From Podarcis muralis (taxonomy: Eukaryota): DNA of 64,000 bases. The translations under genes were made by a program, and so were the position numbers. Positions 1 through 15,599 of the stretch are shown one piece after another; position 1 is the first letter of the stretch, and each line of letters starts with the position of its first letter. The stretch spans positions 58,156,001 through 58,220,000 of the forward strand of contig NC_135656.1 in assembly GCF_964188315.1 (NCBI RefSeq), in the 5' to 3' direction. The notes below the pieces were generated by a model, which saw only the letters and a program-made list of their open reading frames with translations, had not been told where the DNA came from and made no database searches.

Positions 1-176
1 GGTAAACAGCGTTTCCGTGGGCTGCTCTGGTTCACCAGAAGCGGATTAGTCATGCTGGCCACATGACCTGGAAGCTGTATGCCGGCTCCATCGGCCAATA
101 AAATGAGATGAGCGCCGCAACCCCAGAGTCGGCCACAACTGGACCTAATGGTCAGGGGCCCCCTTACCTTTACCTT
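1..176 (+). mobile_element. Sauria SINE, 3' part (cut by the window edge)
   Basis: Near-identical to the 3' half of the copy at 51917-52271; ends in an ACCTTTACCTT tail. Confidence 0.9.
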
Positions 177-1462
177 ATCCCTCCTCCAGTCCCATCACCC
201 CTCTTTGAATTCATGCTGTGTACATCTCAAGCAACTGAAACTAACACTTAAAAGGGGATTCTAGACCATAAAAGGTTCTCTCTGTCAGGAAAGTGTGTTT
301 AGGATTGCAGCCTAAGAGCAAGCCCCATTGAGCTCAAGTTCTACTCAGAACTTATTTCTGACAAGATTCTTTTGTAATTGTGGCTAAATATTTGCCTGAG
401 TATTGCAAGTTTGCTTTCAGCTGTTTATATTGGGGGTGTCAGAGACTCCAGTTCTGTTCTTGGCCTAAAGTGGAGTATTAAAAACCTACTGTTGTACCGT
501 GCTTTTTCTCCAGTATCCATTTTTTCCATCAAGCTGTTGAAAGTATATGGGGTATATACCAGGAGTACTGTTAGTTAGGTTGGAAAGGGGTGTGTATCCT
601 CTACCTGTCCCCCACAGAAAAGGTTCAAGAGAGGGATGGCTGCTGGTCCACAATCTTCTCACTTTTTTCTGGAAAACTGGCCTCGGATTGTTTCAAATAT
701 TTATTTGGCCAGAAAGGTTGACACAAAAAAATGGGATGACTTTATCAAAACTATATTCAGCTCTTAATTAACCTGCTGACTGTCTCTACCCAAAACTGCA
801 GGCTCCAGCCAGGAGCTCTGATGCTGGAAACATCTCTTTGGAACCTGTAGAGCTTACTTTCTATTAACAAGGGAGTGTAAAAAAAAACAACCCCAACCCT
901 TTCCATTTTCCAGAAATGGAGGAGCAAAAAGCCCTTCTGTTCCTTTTCTTTCTCTTTCTACTTTCTCCCATGTACTTTCTCTGTACATGGGAAAGACCCT
1001 GGTTTTAAGGGCAAGCCCCATCACTTCAACCAGGAAATCTCTTATTGATTTCATTGTAGTTCACTTCAAAGTTAAGTGCACTGTATTTAATATTGTAGCA
1101 CTGAGATCACAATCTTGGAAACAATATCACTGGAATCTATGCACTAAATATAGGGGACTAATTCAATGACTTTGAGGCAAATCCCACAGTAAAGTCCACG
1201 GGACTCAATTGCAATATTCAGTGTCAAAGTTATAGTGATACTTGATCAATTTATGCACAGGCCACTCTTTCACTTGGTCTCATAGCATGTTTACATTTTG
1301 GGGCTCATTATATAAGAAGACAAAGAAGGAAAAGCCCACCACTACCAGACTGCAGTATTAAATGTAATATTCAAAATATCCTCTGGGATATTTTCTTTAG
1401 ATTAGTGGATCTAGACATTAATATAGCTAGAAAGGAAGACCGAAAGCATTTGAAGAGGTTTT

Positions 1463-2894
1463 TTTATTATTATTATTCCCATGCTCTTAATTTTGAAAAA
1501 AAAATCACAAAAACATAACTTATAAAACAATATATATACTGCATCCTCCACAACAGCATTATTGAAACATCCAGCGTAACGGTTACCACAGGTGGGAATA
1601 CACTGGGAAAGAAGTACCTTGTGCATTTTATATTACGTTTCTTTGTCATCTACAGGTAATAAGTATTGACAGAAAGAAGCAACAAATATGTCTGCAGGAA
1701 AACTTCATATGCGTTTTTAATGCGTATTAATAGTTAAAGATCATATTTATCATTTTCATAGTCATTTTAAGTATTATCTACATTTACATCATAACACCTT
1801 TTTAAGATTTCTTGTTTGGGCTCCTTGCTTTTTGTTCAGAGCTGGAAAAGCAAAGTCACTTTTTTCAAACATTTCCCCCAACCTCGAGATTACTATACTC
1901 CTTTCCTTTTAAGATGCAGTATCGACGTTTCAGGATAGTCCTTTTCCGTATTTTAAACATTTCTGTCCCTAGATTCTCTAGGAGAATTCTTTCTTAATTA
2001 AAAAAAAAAGAGCCATTTAAATAAGGATGAACGATAATTTGATTATCAGGGGTAAGACTTTGCAAAGGGGAAGGGCTGGGGGGGGGGCGTTCTGCAAAGT
2101 TCCTTTTTAAAGGGAGGCGATTTAAAGAGGGATGTTGGGGGGGGGGGGAGATACTGCCGTCTTGGGAGGGAATAAACGAGAGAGAGGTAGGAACCTTTTC
2201 CAGCCGCTTAGTGCTCGGCATGGCCGGCTCTCCACCGCTTTCAGCTAAAGAAACAAATCCCCATCGAGAGTCACTCATGCACGTGGAAAGCAACGCCGCC
2301 CACCCGACGGCCAAGCGCAGGGAAAGGCGAAAAGATAAACAGCACCTCCCTGAAGTGGTTGACCCTTGTCAGGATGACATTTGCTCCGCTTGAGAGTTCC
2401 CATCTTGCCATTGACCCGAAGCCCCGCCCCCTCTCGCCAGAGTCCCCGCCCCTTCTCCTGAAGCGGCCGGAAAAGCAAGCAAAACCCCGCCCCGGAAACC
2501 GCGCCTCTTCCCCCTCCCACCCTCTACCACAAAAAGCCCCGCCCACGAGCCGCGCATTTCTTCGCTGGCGCGGTTTCTCCCCCCGCCCCGCCCCCTCTCC
2601 TCCCCGCCGTATGTCCTCGAATAAAGTGGACGCTTAGAAGAGGAAGTCCTGTGCAAGTTCAAGTAAACACGCATACAAAACCCGCATCATCCAGAGGAGA
2701 ACGAAATACATTGCAACTCATCCCCGTGTTTCAGGGCCGGGCTGGGGCGTCGTCTGAACCCCCGCCTCTCTCTCCTTCTCTCTCGCCTTTCCCGTCGTCG
2801 TCGCCGCCGCCGCCCCGCCGCGCCCTTCCTCCGCGGGGCTCCCCGGGGCCCCTTGGCGCAGCCGCCGCGGTCCCTGTCCGGAGGCACCGGCCCG
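1463..2894 (-). other. Probable Pitx1 3' UTR, with candidate poly(A) signals AATAAA 1468-1463 and ATTAAA 1721-1716
   Basis: Sequence downstream of the stop codon. These are the canonical hexamers I could find on the minus strand; the true 3' end is uncertain. Confidence 0.4.
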
Positions 2895-3548
<654 letters not shown>

Positions 3549-5327
3549 TCATCTCAGGGTCGTGGGGTTGGGCAAAATATTCCAGCGGGCCAGGAGTTGG
3601 ACTCAGGGATGCCAACTTGAATAAAATATTGGGGGGGGGGGGGAGGAAGGCAAGTCACACCCCGCATAACTGATAATTGAGCCTGGATAACTCAGCTGGT
3701 CAGAGCGTGGGGCTGATAATGCCAAGGTTGCAACAGTTGCATAGTCCTGCAGTGGTCCCTGAGTTTACTATCTGCAAACGGGCGTTTAATGCTCACAACC
3801 GGTTCTATGATCACATGAAGTGGCGCGCACACGCCATTTGAATTGCAATACCCATCAACAGGGGGGCTTCCTCAAATATTTTAGGGGGGGGCAAAGGACC
3901 CCTAGAAGTTGGCTCCTATGGTTGGACTAGATGACACTGGGACATAGCTGTCAACGTTTCCCTTTTTAAAAGGGAAATTCCCTTATTCCAAATAGGATTC
4001 CTCGCAAGAAAAGGGAAAAGTTGACAGCTATGCCCTGGGATCCCTTCCAGCTCTTACGATTCTGATTTCAATGGCCTTATTTCCCCTGCGCCCCCCCCCT
4101 TTATTACATGTCACATTAAGCGGTACAGAAAATAATTAATAATAAGAATAATAATAGAGGGCTTCAAAGTTGGCTGCCAGCCCTGCTGCCCTAAAGTACG
4201 TCTCCCTGTGGCACCCACCGCTACGCGGTCGGAGCCTTTTTAATGGGAAGCGCTCAGCAGATGAAACTGAAGGACCCAAGAAGGGTAGCATCAGATTCAA
4301 AGTCCGGCTATTCCAGGGATGGCCAGCTGATGGGTGCGCTTCAAGATGCCGTTGGCGTCCACTTCCCATCATCCCTGGCCTTTGCTGATGCTGGCTGGGG
4401 CTGACCGGGGGTAGACAATATCTGGAGGATACGACCTTGGCAACGCTGGAGCTAGTTGCGTACTGGCCAGCCCGATGCTTCCGGAAAGCGTCTCCGCTCA
4501 GCTGAAGCTCGATTAAGATGCTGTTTAGTTAACAGCTAATATACTGTCTCTCCGTTGTGGCATCTTCATGCCAGATTATGGAATCACTTGGTGGAATTTC
4601 TGGAGGCCTTGCTAAAATGTAGCAGAAAACTACCGTAGAAGTATTCTGCCAAATGCTTTGCAAGGGTGCAACATGGTTAAAAGTCATAGTTGCTTCTGAG
4701 CCATTTAGAAAGGAAAAAAGGGACAACCAAAGTAAAGGGAGAAACACTTCGAGCATGTTCAGAATAGCTTTTCTTTCTCTAAAAGAAGAGCTGTCATGTT
4801 CAATAGATTTCTGCTATTTCTTTCTCCTTTAATCCCCCAAATATGAAAGAAATCTATGAGTTAATCTACTAGCTTATTGCACGCAAATGCATTGCTCACC
4901 TGATCTAGCAATATAACCCTGGCACTAAAAATAGATTTGGGGCCACCTTGTAAGGACAGCCTATATTAATTCTTAAGTTTATTGAAGTGGATATGGAAGC
5001 ATGAAGTTTATTTATTTTTAATGGTCTTTCATGTTTTAACTTTGTACGTTGCCTTGATGTTTTATGCTACGATAGTGTCGAAACACTGTTTAGAAATTTT
5101 AAAAAAGGATGGCAGAGGGTGACTGGAATGTTAAAAACATGCAGGATCAGCACATTAAACTGTTGTTTGTTTTTTAAAATTCTCCACTGTATATAGACAC
5201 CTATGGGCACTGTATATAGACACCTCCATTTTATGTAGACACCTACCACTCGCTCAGCCCAACTTATGCATTTGATAAAATTAAGCTATTGCCTTTAAAA
5301 TATTGCACAACAATGTCAGCCTTTAAA

Positions 5328-5450
5328 ACAGGTGTGGGGACCTGTGGCCCTCCAGATATTACAGCTCCCATCATCCCTGACCATTGGCTATGCTGGCTGG
5401 GGCTGGTGGCATCCAGCAACATCTGGAGGGCCTTAGGAGTTCCCTGTCCT
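5328..5450. mobile_element. Short hAT-like MITE (related copies near 4340-4450, 22130-22250, 26800-26915, 39206-39311 and 58830-58900)
   Basis: Internal inverted repeat GGCCCTCCAGAT...ATCTGGAGGGCC with a CCCATCATCCCTGACCATTGG core. Confidence 0.55.
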
Positions 5451-8400
5451 GGCTTTAAAAGGTGCCATGGTACTTTTGACCGTCTTTTTGCTGCAAGCTA
5501 GCATGATTGCTGGTCTGGATTTTTTTAAAAGCTGAACTGTCACTTGCAATATTTCTCATATTCATGCTGCTCCACTCCACTGGGAAAGCTGTTTGTGGAT
5601 AATCTATTATGCCAGAGAGGCCATTCAGCCTCCCTCCGCCTCCACCTCCACCCCCCAGCCCTCCCAAAGGAACAGCTGGAGCTGAAGTCAATTGAGTAGA
5701 ACCAAGAAGCCAGTGGAGTACAATTTGTTTCTGGGTCTCAGCTAGGGTCCAGTTCCTGTCTCTGGGGAGCAATTATCCTTAAAACTATGGCTGCGAGCCA
5801 GTTAAAGAACATTGGCTTTAAGAGGGCTTTTAATTGATTAATCAGCAAATGAATTAAATATAAATAAATATGCCAATTTCCGAAACCTCCGTCTAGGTGC
5901 CTTTCTGAGGATACTGAAGAAAATACATTGTCCATCTATTTGTGCCCAGTCTGAACTCATGTCAGATTCTAGATTTCCCTTATCAAGTTTTCCTGCTCTC
6001 TTTTAAAAAGCCCTGGAGAAAGTTGTCCTAGGAAGAACACACTGAATTCCGTATCTGCCACCCCTCTCCCAAGCATGATGTCTTTGAGGTTCCATGCAAT
6101 AAGACATGTAAGCTGTTTTTGTCCTTGCATAAATCCCTTCCTGCAGACTGCTGCTTTGGGCGGGCATCCGATCTCTCTCCTCTTGATGATCTCCAAAATT
6201 TCAAACCCTCACTTCCTTTCTCTGCAGAGAATTACCTACCCTTGACCATACTCTTGTTGTGATCAAGCCCTGGCTATGGCGGCTGGTCTGCTTTGTCCAA
6301 TGCTAACGCTTTTAACAAAAAACACACCAAAAACACCCTCCTTACAGATCATAAAAAGTGGGACTGGGCAAGTAGGTTTAAGGTAAACACAGAGCCAACC
6401 ACCCCCTACATCCTTCGCCTTTCAATGGATGCAGCATCTGCCTTTGCGTTTAATATTCAGAATTTACAGCTTTGCTGCTGGAGAGCAAAAGGAGGCTGGT
6501 TGCTCCTGGGGTTTGATGTAAAAAACGGCGAAAGAGGAGGGGGGAGGGACCTGATGCAGATTTGTGGAAAGTGCATCTTTGGGAAATGCTTTGAGTTCCC
6601 TTTCATAAAAATCCAGGGCTCAGAGAACAGGAAAAGACACCCAACTCATAACCTGAAGCAGGACACAGCCGGATCTGGTTTAGCGTCCTGTTAAGAGACG
6701 GCAGATCTAATGGGGAGGTATGTCTTCCACGTGGTTTCTGCTACAGGTTAAAATATCTTCCCCTCCCTTGGTGGAAAATATCGGCCTCCGGAACTGCCTG
6801 TGTTACTGGTGGGTTGTGTGGTCTTTGTACAGGTCCTGGCTAAGGAGAGTCAGGGAAAGAAGCAGATGTGAGACGACATCACGTCCACCTGGCCTCTTAG
6901 AAAGTGAGCTCTTCCTTCTAACAGAAACCAGTTTTCCTTAAGTAAGGTCCTCCCAAAAAGTGGAATGGTTGGTGTGTCATTCAAGGGGGCCTTTCAGACT
7001 CAGGCACCTACTTCAAAATTATGCATGTAGCTGATGCTCATCAGTGTCTGAGTTTAGGGGCAACAAACTCGAATGCTACATTGAGAACAGGAAGGCAAAT
7101 TGTGAGGGGAAAAGGACCAGGGAGGAGGAAGGATCCGGTGTAAATATAAAAGAGGAAACGAAGAAAGGCGACACACTCAAAACCTGTAATTCATTTTTCA
7201 GAAGGTGCTTCCAGACAGGAATTTCCTGAAAATGAGGCTAATAGTTTTAATGATGGCTTCTAGACGTTTGCAAATTAAGGGTGGATTGGCAAAACTGAGT
7301 TTTAAGGCTGCTTCTAAATATATGTGTGTTATCTACAGAAGGCTGAAGGAGAAGAATTGCAATGAATGGGAATGAATTCCCCGAAATTTTTCCACACCAA
7401 ATGTTCAGCTTGCCCACACGTCTATTTATTGATTTATCTACCTCTTACTTGCCAAAGTGGCTTCTAAGCTGTTTACAAGTATAAGCGCAATCACAAAATT
7501 TACTTGGGAGGAAACCTGATTTTTCTGGCTGCCCCTGAAAGGTTAAAAGCGGCATCTGCAAGCGACGTTTTTATTGGTTTGTTTTGTCCAGGTCTCAGTG
7601 ATTTACGAAGGCCAAAGTGGGATTTCCGAAAACGGCCTTTCTTTTAGATTTGGACAGAAGTAAGGACCGGGCGATTCCAGCCGAATGAAGTCCTAAAAAC
7701 GGGGCTAGTTCCTAGCGTTTGAGGCTGCAGTCTTACATCTCGCTTAGGGGGAAATTGAACCCGTGGGGAGGGACACCCCTTGGCAAGAATATAGGAAGGT
7801 GTCCCTTGCCTTCCAGTGATCCTCAGGTGATCCACTTCGGTGGATCGCGCCAAAACTAGACTAAACGCATCCCTGGAAAAATGCAGCATATTCCCCGTTC
7901 TTGCTCATGCTTTGTTTCAGACACATTGACCTCAGGGATACTTCCTCTCGAGTCACTGAGCCTCGGGGTTGCTGCTTAAATTTCCTACACTGCAAAAACG
8001 ACCCATAGCCCCCCCCCCTTTTTTTTTGCTTGTCACAAGAAGGGCTGCCATTTCGTGCGCAGTTCCCGGGGATTAAGCCGGGATTCACTTTTGAGGAGAC
8101 AGAGCTTGCCTAATTGCATTTTCTGAAATAAATATCAAACCTCTGCGGATTTCCCCGTTCTAATAGCCCGATCCCTAAGCCGGTTAAGTGCCCGTTTATT
8201 TATTTATTTGAAAATAAATTAGCGGGGCTTCCTTTGCAAGTGCCACTTGGGGACAGACTATCAGCCTAACAGGGCGATTTAAGCAGCCTGAGGAGGAGGT
8301 GGCTGAGATCCCATGCAGGCGTGACTTGAGAGTCACACTGGACTTGGTGTGATTTACCCCCGAGTAAAAGTGCATCGGATCCGGCTTCACCGCGGTTTCA

Positions 8401-8920
8401 AAAACCCCAATACTCCAAGCTGACCTCCAGCGAAGAAAGCCGTTCCCTTAACGTTTTCCCGAGCTGAGTTTACGCATATACTCCCCGATCGCGTCTCCTG
8501 CCCCACTGCGGTATACAAGCCCCTTTGGGGTGGTCGCCAGCTGGAGCCCATGATGACGCGGTTTTAAGAGGATGCAACGCATAACCATTGAACTGAATGG
8601 GCGTCTTGACATTCGCTTCCGCCCACTGTAGCTATGTCGCAAACTATCCTCAGCGCGGATTAAACGCACCCGCAGCTCTGGCGCTAGAAGGATTCATTCT
8701 CCCCACAGTGTAAGGAAGTATCCTGGGCTCATAAATGGGAGGTGGGGGTGGAAGAGGAGAAACAGAGAAAGAAAAGAGGACGGAGAGAGAACCTCCAAAA
8801 AAGTCCAATAAACTAAAAATCCAAAGTTAAAAACAAGCAAAGAGAAAGTCTAATAAAATACTAATCCTCTCCCTACGGCAAGATATTTTTTCCTACCAGT
8901 TGGGGCAGGAAAAACTTTTA

Positions 8921-8963
8921 AAACAAACAAACAAACAAACAAACAAACAAACAAACAAACAAA
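8921..8963. repeat. (AAAC)n microsatellite in intron 2
   Basis: Direct reading. Confidence 0.95.
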
Positions 8964-11900
8964 CAGAAACAGCCTCTTCAGTTGTAGGCAAGAGAGGCGT
9001 AAGAGAACATCTCTGTACTGATTTAGGACCATAATGATTTGTTGACTTGGGAGCCCAATGCAACGGGCCCTGGTAGCCGAGTTTACTCGGCGGATCCTGT
9101 CCGTGCTGCGCTAGCGATTCCGACCTACGCACAGACTTGGAAGTCGCGGATCCTTTGATTTCAACGAAATCTCTTGAAGCGAAAGTCTGCTTTGGGGTGT
9201 GTTAGAGCTACAAGTTAGGAAAGATATTAATAATCAATATATCCTCTCCTGCCACCCTCAACATCCCCACACCCACAAGGCCCAGTCCATATAAAGCCAA
9301 CACCAATGGGATTGTTACTCCGATCCCGAACACTGAATTCGTAGTTTCTTTAACTCCAGGGGAACTTAGCGTTTTAGGGCCACGCGCTTGAAATGAACTC
9401 TCACCGAAAGCGGGTTGGGCACCGTCAGGGAGACGGAGCCATCCGCTTAAAAAAACCAGTTTTGTGAATCAGGCTGTTGGCGTTCAAACAATATGTACAC
9501 GAATATAAGGAAGGGGTGGCCAAAACAAAGCGAAACAAAACAAACCGCACAGGAAATGGGGCCTTTTATATATGGTTCCCTGCTGGTTTTAGGGATTTTG
9601 CACAGCTCTCTCTAACACACAGAGAGCACCCTCAGCGCAACATATCAAATGGCATTTCATTTCGCCGGGATTTACTTTCACGCAGTGGGCACGATCCAGC
9701 AACAAACCCTAACTATGTTTAACTGAGAAGTCCGACTGAGCGCTATGTAATTCACCCTTGCGGATTATGTTTCCTGGGGAGAGTTAAGCAGGTACTTGGC
9801 TAGGCCGCTGAATTCAATGTGACCTTCCAGGCCAAAGCAGTGCATTGTTGCTTGGAATTAAGTCTCAGTGAGCTCTGGTGAACCTGAACCCACAGCAATG
9901 CACCTTTCTGAAGTGCTTATTTTGGGCTGGATCCTGTCCAGGGCACTCCAGGACAAGCCTCTTAATTTATTTTAAATCTCCGCTTTCTGCAATAATTGAA
10001 GTACAGCGCGCAAATGCCACGTTCTGTCCAGCCAGCGCCATTCACAATGCCCAGCACGTGCAAACGAGCGCGGCCCTTGCCTTCTCCTACATTAGCTAAA
10101 GGCGCGGTGTGAGACGCCAGAATGTGGGCCGGCGCTCTACAGAGGGCTAAAGAAACGAGGCATTTCAGAGGGTGTCTCCTATTCTTTCCCGCCTCTGGTT
10201 TGTTTAAATATGCTTAAACTTAGAGCTGAAGTGCAGGGCTCTGTCCTGGACGTGTCTCCCGGTCTCACTGACCAAGTTAGCTGCAGTCTACCATCTAAGG
10301 AAATGCGCCAAGGAAACGCCGCGCAAGCGAAGCACCACCCAATGAAAGCGGCCGGGGCCAAGACTGGGGAAAAAAAGAAACCCACAAGTTGCTCACTTCT
10401 AGATCAGACGGCACAATTGTTTTTGTTTTGTTTTGAAAGATCCCTTCATGGCCCCACGAAAAAGAGCGCATTCATAAAGGCTTTCTACCCGGATGCCTGG
10501 GCTCCCTCTCTCTCTCCCCCAGCAATCGCCCGAAGAGAAAATAGATTTCCTGCTTGGTATTAAATGGCTGCATTTAATTAATGCAGGAGAGAACAGTAAA
10601 TTCTGAAAGATGGCTCCCTGGCCAAGACCCGCTTTTCCCATGCTACGGAAAAGGACAATGATCTGGGGCGGTCTCAATGATCTCAAGCTTATTATTTGTT
10701 TACGGCCCAATCCTGGTCATGTTTACTCGGTTGAGCTTGCTCCTTACCGATCGTAGGATTGCGCCTTCAGCAGTGCAATGGAGCAGTGATTTTGTTTTAA
10801 ATAAAGCCCGCGTTTCTGGAGGCCTGTCTCTCTAGCGGCTTTAAAGGGCCAAGGACGCGCCAGGAAGGGCGCCTTTCCACTGCCGCCTTCTCTACCCCAG
10901 ACGCCTCGGAAGGGCTCGGGGCTGCTTGGATCCTGCACTCTGCGGATCCTGTGGGAAATCACCTCTGATGCTCCTCCGGGGAACTGGCTCCAGCCCTGGG
11001 GTCGCGGCCTGAACTCGCCCCGGGATTTCCCCTCCGCCGGGAGCCCGACGCGCAAAGTTTGTTGCGCGTGGATTCTTTGGTCCTCAGGCGCCCAAGTGAG
11101 GCCCGATCCCTCACCTCGTTTACTGTGCGCCATGCACGTTTTCACTGGGTTTTGCTCCCCAAATGGCAGTCTCCTCGACCCCCACAACCCTTGGCGTGTA
11201 GGGTGCTTCCTCGGATTTCCTAAAGCAGGCTTGGAGCTGGAGCTTAGCCGAGTCCACTCAGAAGTAAATCCCGTCTGGTTTCTTACTCCCGAGTAAAGCT
11301 GAGGCCGCTTGCGTGCGAGCCCGTTGCTTGGGAGTAAGCAGCGAGGCGCGCGTCTAAGGAGTGAGTTGCGCGGCTCCTACACAACATTCGACGGGGACTT
11401 TCTCCTCCATGCTACCCAACTCTGTGCACGTTTATTCTGAAGCAAGTCTCGCTGTCCTCGGTGGGACTTCCTTCCGAGCAAGTGGGAATATAGGGCTGCA
11501 AAAATTACCTTGGTTAAGGAGATGGCAAGCACAGAGCAGGTCAGGCCCAGCTCAGCCTTGTTTTCCTGCATGGAATTATGCATTTTGCTGCCTTCAGTAC
11601 TGTAAAGCAGATTCCCCCATTCCTGAAATACTGCCTCTTTTTTCACTACGAAGGAGCTAATTCTAATTACAAGCGATAGAACTTCCCTTCTCTTTCTGTA
11701 GATCTTTCTAGCATAAGGTGATATCGACCAGAGACGGCTTAGGATCTGTAAAAACAAAGCACCCTTGGACAGTCCCACCAGCGCCAGATCCCCCGGATCT
11801 CTTCCTCATCTTCCAACAACGGGCGCTTCCTCTTAAGCGCCTCCTGCCCCAGTGGCTCCCTCTCCTCGGATTTCACCTGGGGCTCCTCTATTTGGTAGAC

Positions 11901-12118
11901 CGGTGTCTAAATAAGGCTCGAGGCTGCGCTCCTCTCGGCACAGGCGCACCTACCCGGGAGGAGAAGGCCGCGCTACCTCTGGAACAAACTTATTTGGATG
12001 TCCGTCCCCTGGGACGCGCACATGGGGGGGGGGCTCTTTCTCGACCTGGGCTCCATCCGCGCCCGGCCAAGAGGGAGTTGGCGATGGGCTCTTACGGGCT
12101 GCCTCGGAGTTGTCTTCA

Positions 12119-12427
<309 letters not shown>

Positions 12428-15400
12428 TTACAATTGGAAAGGGCGGGGGGGGGGGAATAAAAATGTCCAAACTGCTTCTCCTAACTCCCCAGCCCAAGTC
12501 AGCGCCACCCAACTCTCCTTCGGAAAGGAATCTGAATGAGGTCTGGATTTGTAGCCCAAATCTTCCTCCAATGCATCTTTGCACAGCAGCGAGAGCTCCT
12601 GGACTGGAACCATCGCGTCTGTTTTAGAAAGCCTCATCAAACACAACCCAGAACCAAGGATTTTCCATTACAAAAGCAAAGGCCAATCCAGCCCCGATCC
12701 TGACCTACAGTCTTCCTTTTACGCAAATGACAACAGATATTTTGTTTTGGTTTTGTTTTCATAATGTACTTTAAGAGATTCAAGGTGGGGAAAACATTTC
12801 TTTAAAAGGCGTGGGAAACCTTTACAAGTCATTTCTTTAGGCACTTTTAAAAAGTCTCTAAAAACAATGAAGAATTCACATCGATTTTGTTGTTGTTGTT
12901 TTTGGATATTTTCCTAGCAGGCACCAGGACACAAAATATACTCCCCACAAGGGGAAAGTTTGAATTTACTTAACCCGAAAACGAAGCCTTTCACACAACT
13001 GGATTAAATTTCTACTTTGGGCATTTGGATTTTGACAGTCAAATGATTTTTCAGTTAGGTAAAATTGAGAACCTCATTTTTCTATGGTTCCTTAAATAAA
13101 GTAAAACAACAGCAGCAAAAACAAACTACATTTGATCCCACCTACACGTTTCAAAAATGGAAATTATATGATTTTTTTCCAGTTTCAAAGTGCAAGATGT
13201 GTGCACGTGCACACACAATTTAAGGCAAAACATAATATCTGCTAGTTAGTTACAGTACAGCATGTACAACTGGTACAAGCTTCTATTGGCACATTACATC
13301 AAGACCGGGGCTTCACTCTACGACCCTCTGAAGTCAATGAAGGAAGACTTCGAGGGCAAGAGCTCCATTGACTTCAACGGGCAAAATTTAATCATATTCT
13401 GAACTCTGCCTGACATCCATAGGACTTTCAAGATGTCATAGGTATGCGCCCTGGAGTGCAAGTATCCTCGCCTTCAATTGACTCGCTTCCGAATAAATAC
13501 GCACAGGATCGTGCTGCCTGGGCAGTGGTTAAATATATTGCCTTTTGCTGGTTCGATGTCTCCATATTTTTTCCCCTGCTTAATAATATTAGTATATTTA
13601 CTTAAATTATACAACGTTCATTTTATAGCAATGCATTCTACAATGGGGCGAGGGGCGGCGACGGCGGGGAAATCTATGGCTTCTTACTTCTTTAAAAGCA
13701 ATATAAGAGGAAATACCTAGAGAGGTCAATTTGATTTCAGTGAATTTCGTGGTTCACCGGAACTACGGTGCTAACATATTAATGTAGAAGAAACATATTT
13801 CAGACCGGCGACCTTTTTCTATCATGCAGCACGATCCTCTACTTGTTTACTCAAGAGAAAATCCCAGAGTCCAATTGGGACTTGCTCCCAAGGGGTTGAC
13901 TCCTAAGGTGATGCTTTGAGAGCACTAATCATTTCGTCTTAACTGAAGCTATTCAGCTTGCAATCCCTGGCAACAAATATTAACCACTGAACCCAGCGGC
14001 ACTTTCTTCCGAGTAGAAACGTTTAGGGTTGGGTCACCAGTGGTCTGTTTTTCTGCATCGATATATTCGTTCATTATTGCAGAGCCACTCCAATTTTACG
14101 GGCTTGCAAACCGGTTTTTAAACTCATATTTTACGAAGTATTTTATCAATAGCAATAGACACGTGTGTTAACCGATGATGATGCGTTGCGCGTGTCAATC
14201 GTAGTATGCAAACAGGAGTCCATATGCAAATCTTTTCAGGTGGGATTATGTGTACTCCACACATAATCGACTATGCAAACGAAGCAAATATTATGAAAAC
14301 CACCCATTTTACTCGACAACGCTTTAAAAAAAAGTAACATCCTCAAAATAATTGCAGTAAGTTTTAAAACAAAGGGACTATGGACCTCAGCCATAGGCTG
14401 TTGTGTGTGTGTGTAGAATGAGAGCGATTTTGTTCTCACGTACATAAAACTTTTTTTTTAACAGGCTGATGTATAACAACATTATTTGAAGTCCCAGTGC
14501 TATGGCATTGACTTAGGATCGTCACCTTCTAATTTCTCTATGTATTGAAACGCACAAATTGTAATTGAATCCGTGCGTAAATATATGTACAACACATCCG
14601 TGTTTATGTAATTAACAAACCAAACCAAACCATAGCACAGGATCCATCAAACAGCAAGCTCTTTCCTCCCATTGATTTCAAAGGTGAGATTAAAGCATAC
14701 ACTTTAATCAGTGGGATGTGGGGGGCATCAGAATCTCCCCCCCACACACACTTTGTTTGGATCGGGAACTATGTGCCATTCTATAGAGCGAGAAGAATTC
14801 CGTGTGCTCCTATCAGTGTGTGTAAGGCACGCACAGCACACATACAAACACGCGCACGCATACACCTCAAGGACTCACGCGAACAAGAGTGAATGCGCTT
14901 TAATTCGCATCTGGAATGTTTATCCTAAATCCAAGGCTTAGTACTGAATTAATTTCCTTGAAATGTATTTCCTTGAAACGTCGCTTTATGTATCGGGCAG
15001 TGAGGATCTGAAAATCCTAAATAAACGAGCTCTCTACTCCTGCAAAAAACCCTCATTTCCCTTTAAGTCACCGATTAATGCCTATCCCCCGCTCTGGCTG
15101 TGCTTAAACTGACTCCTGCGTCCATCTGGGAGCTCTGAAAGCAAAGAGGCGAGTTCAAACGGTTACACGGTTCAAACCCCAAAGTGGTAAATGACCTTAT
15201 TGCAGCCTGTGATAGCCCTCTTTCCAGTAAGCGGTTTGCAAAGCAAACAAGGCCTGGAACGCGCTCGCCTCGTTAAAAGTTTCCTTGGTGGTGTCCAAGC
15301 CAGAAACCCATCGCTACCCAGATCCCACCCACTCCAGCCCCGGCTGGGCTCCTCCACCTCGCCATCCCTGGAAAGAGGGTCCGGCTGGCTAGCAGCACAG

Positions 15401-15449
15401 GGAGAAGATTTCACTTTGGGGCGCCTCCTCGAATTGGTAGAGGGAAGGA

Positions 15450-15599
15450 NNNNNNNNNNNNNNNNNNNNNNNNNNNNNNNNNNNNNNNNNNNNNNNNNNN
15501 NNNNNNNNNNNNNNNNNNNNNNNNNNNNNNNNNNNNNNNNNNNNNNNNNNNNNNNNNNNNNNNNNNNNNNNNNNNNNNNNNNNNNNNNNNNNNNNNNNN
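15450..15599. other. Assembly gap (150 N), in Pitx1 intron 1
   Basis: Run of N. Confidence 1.
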
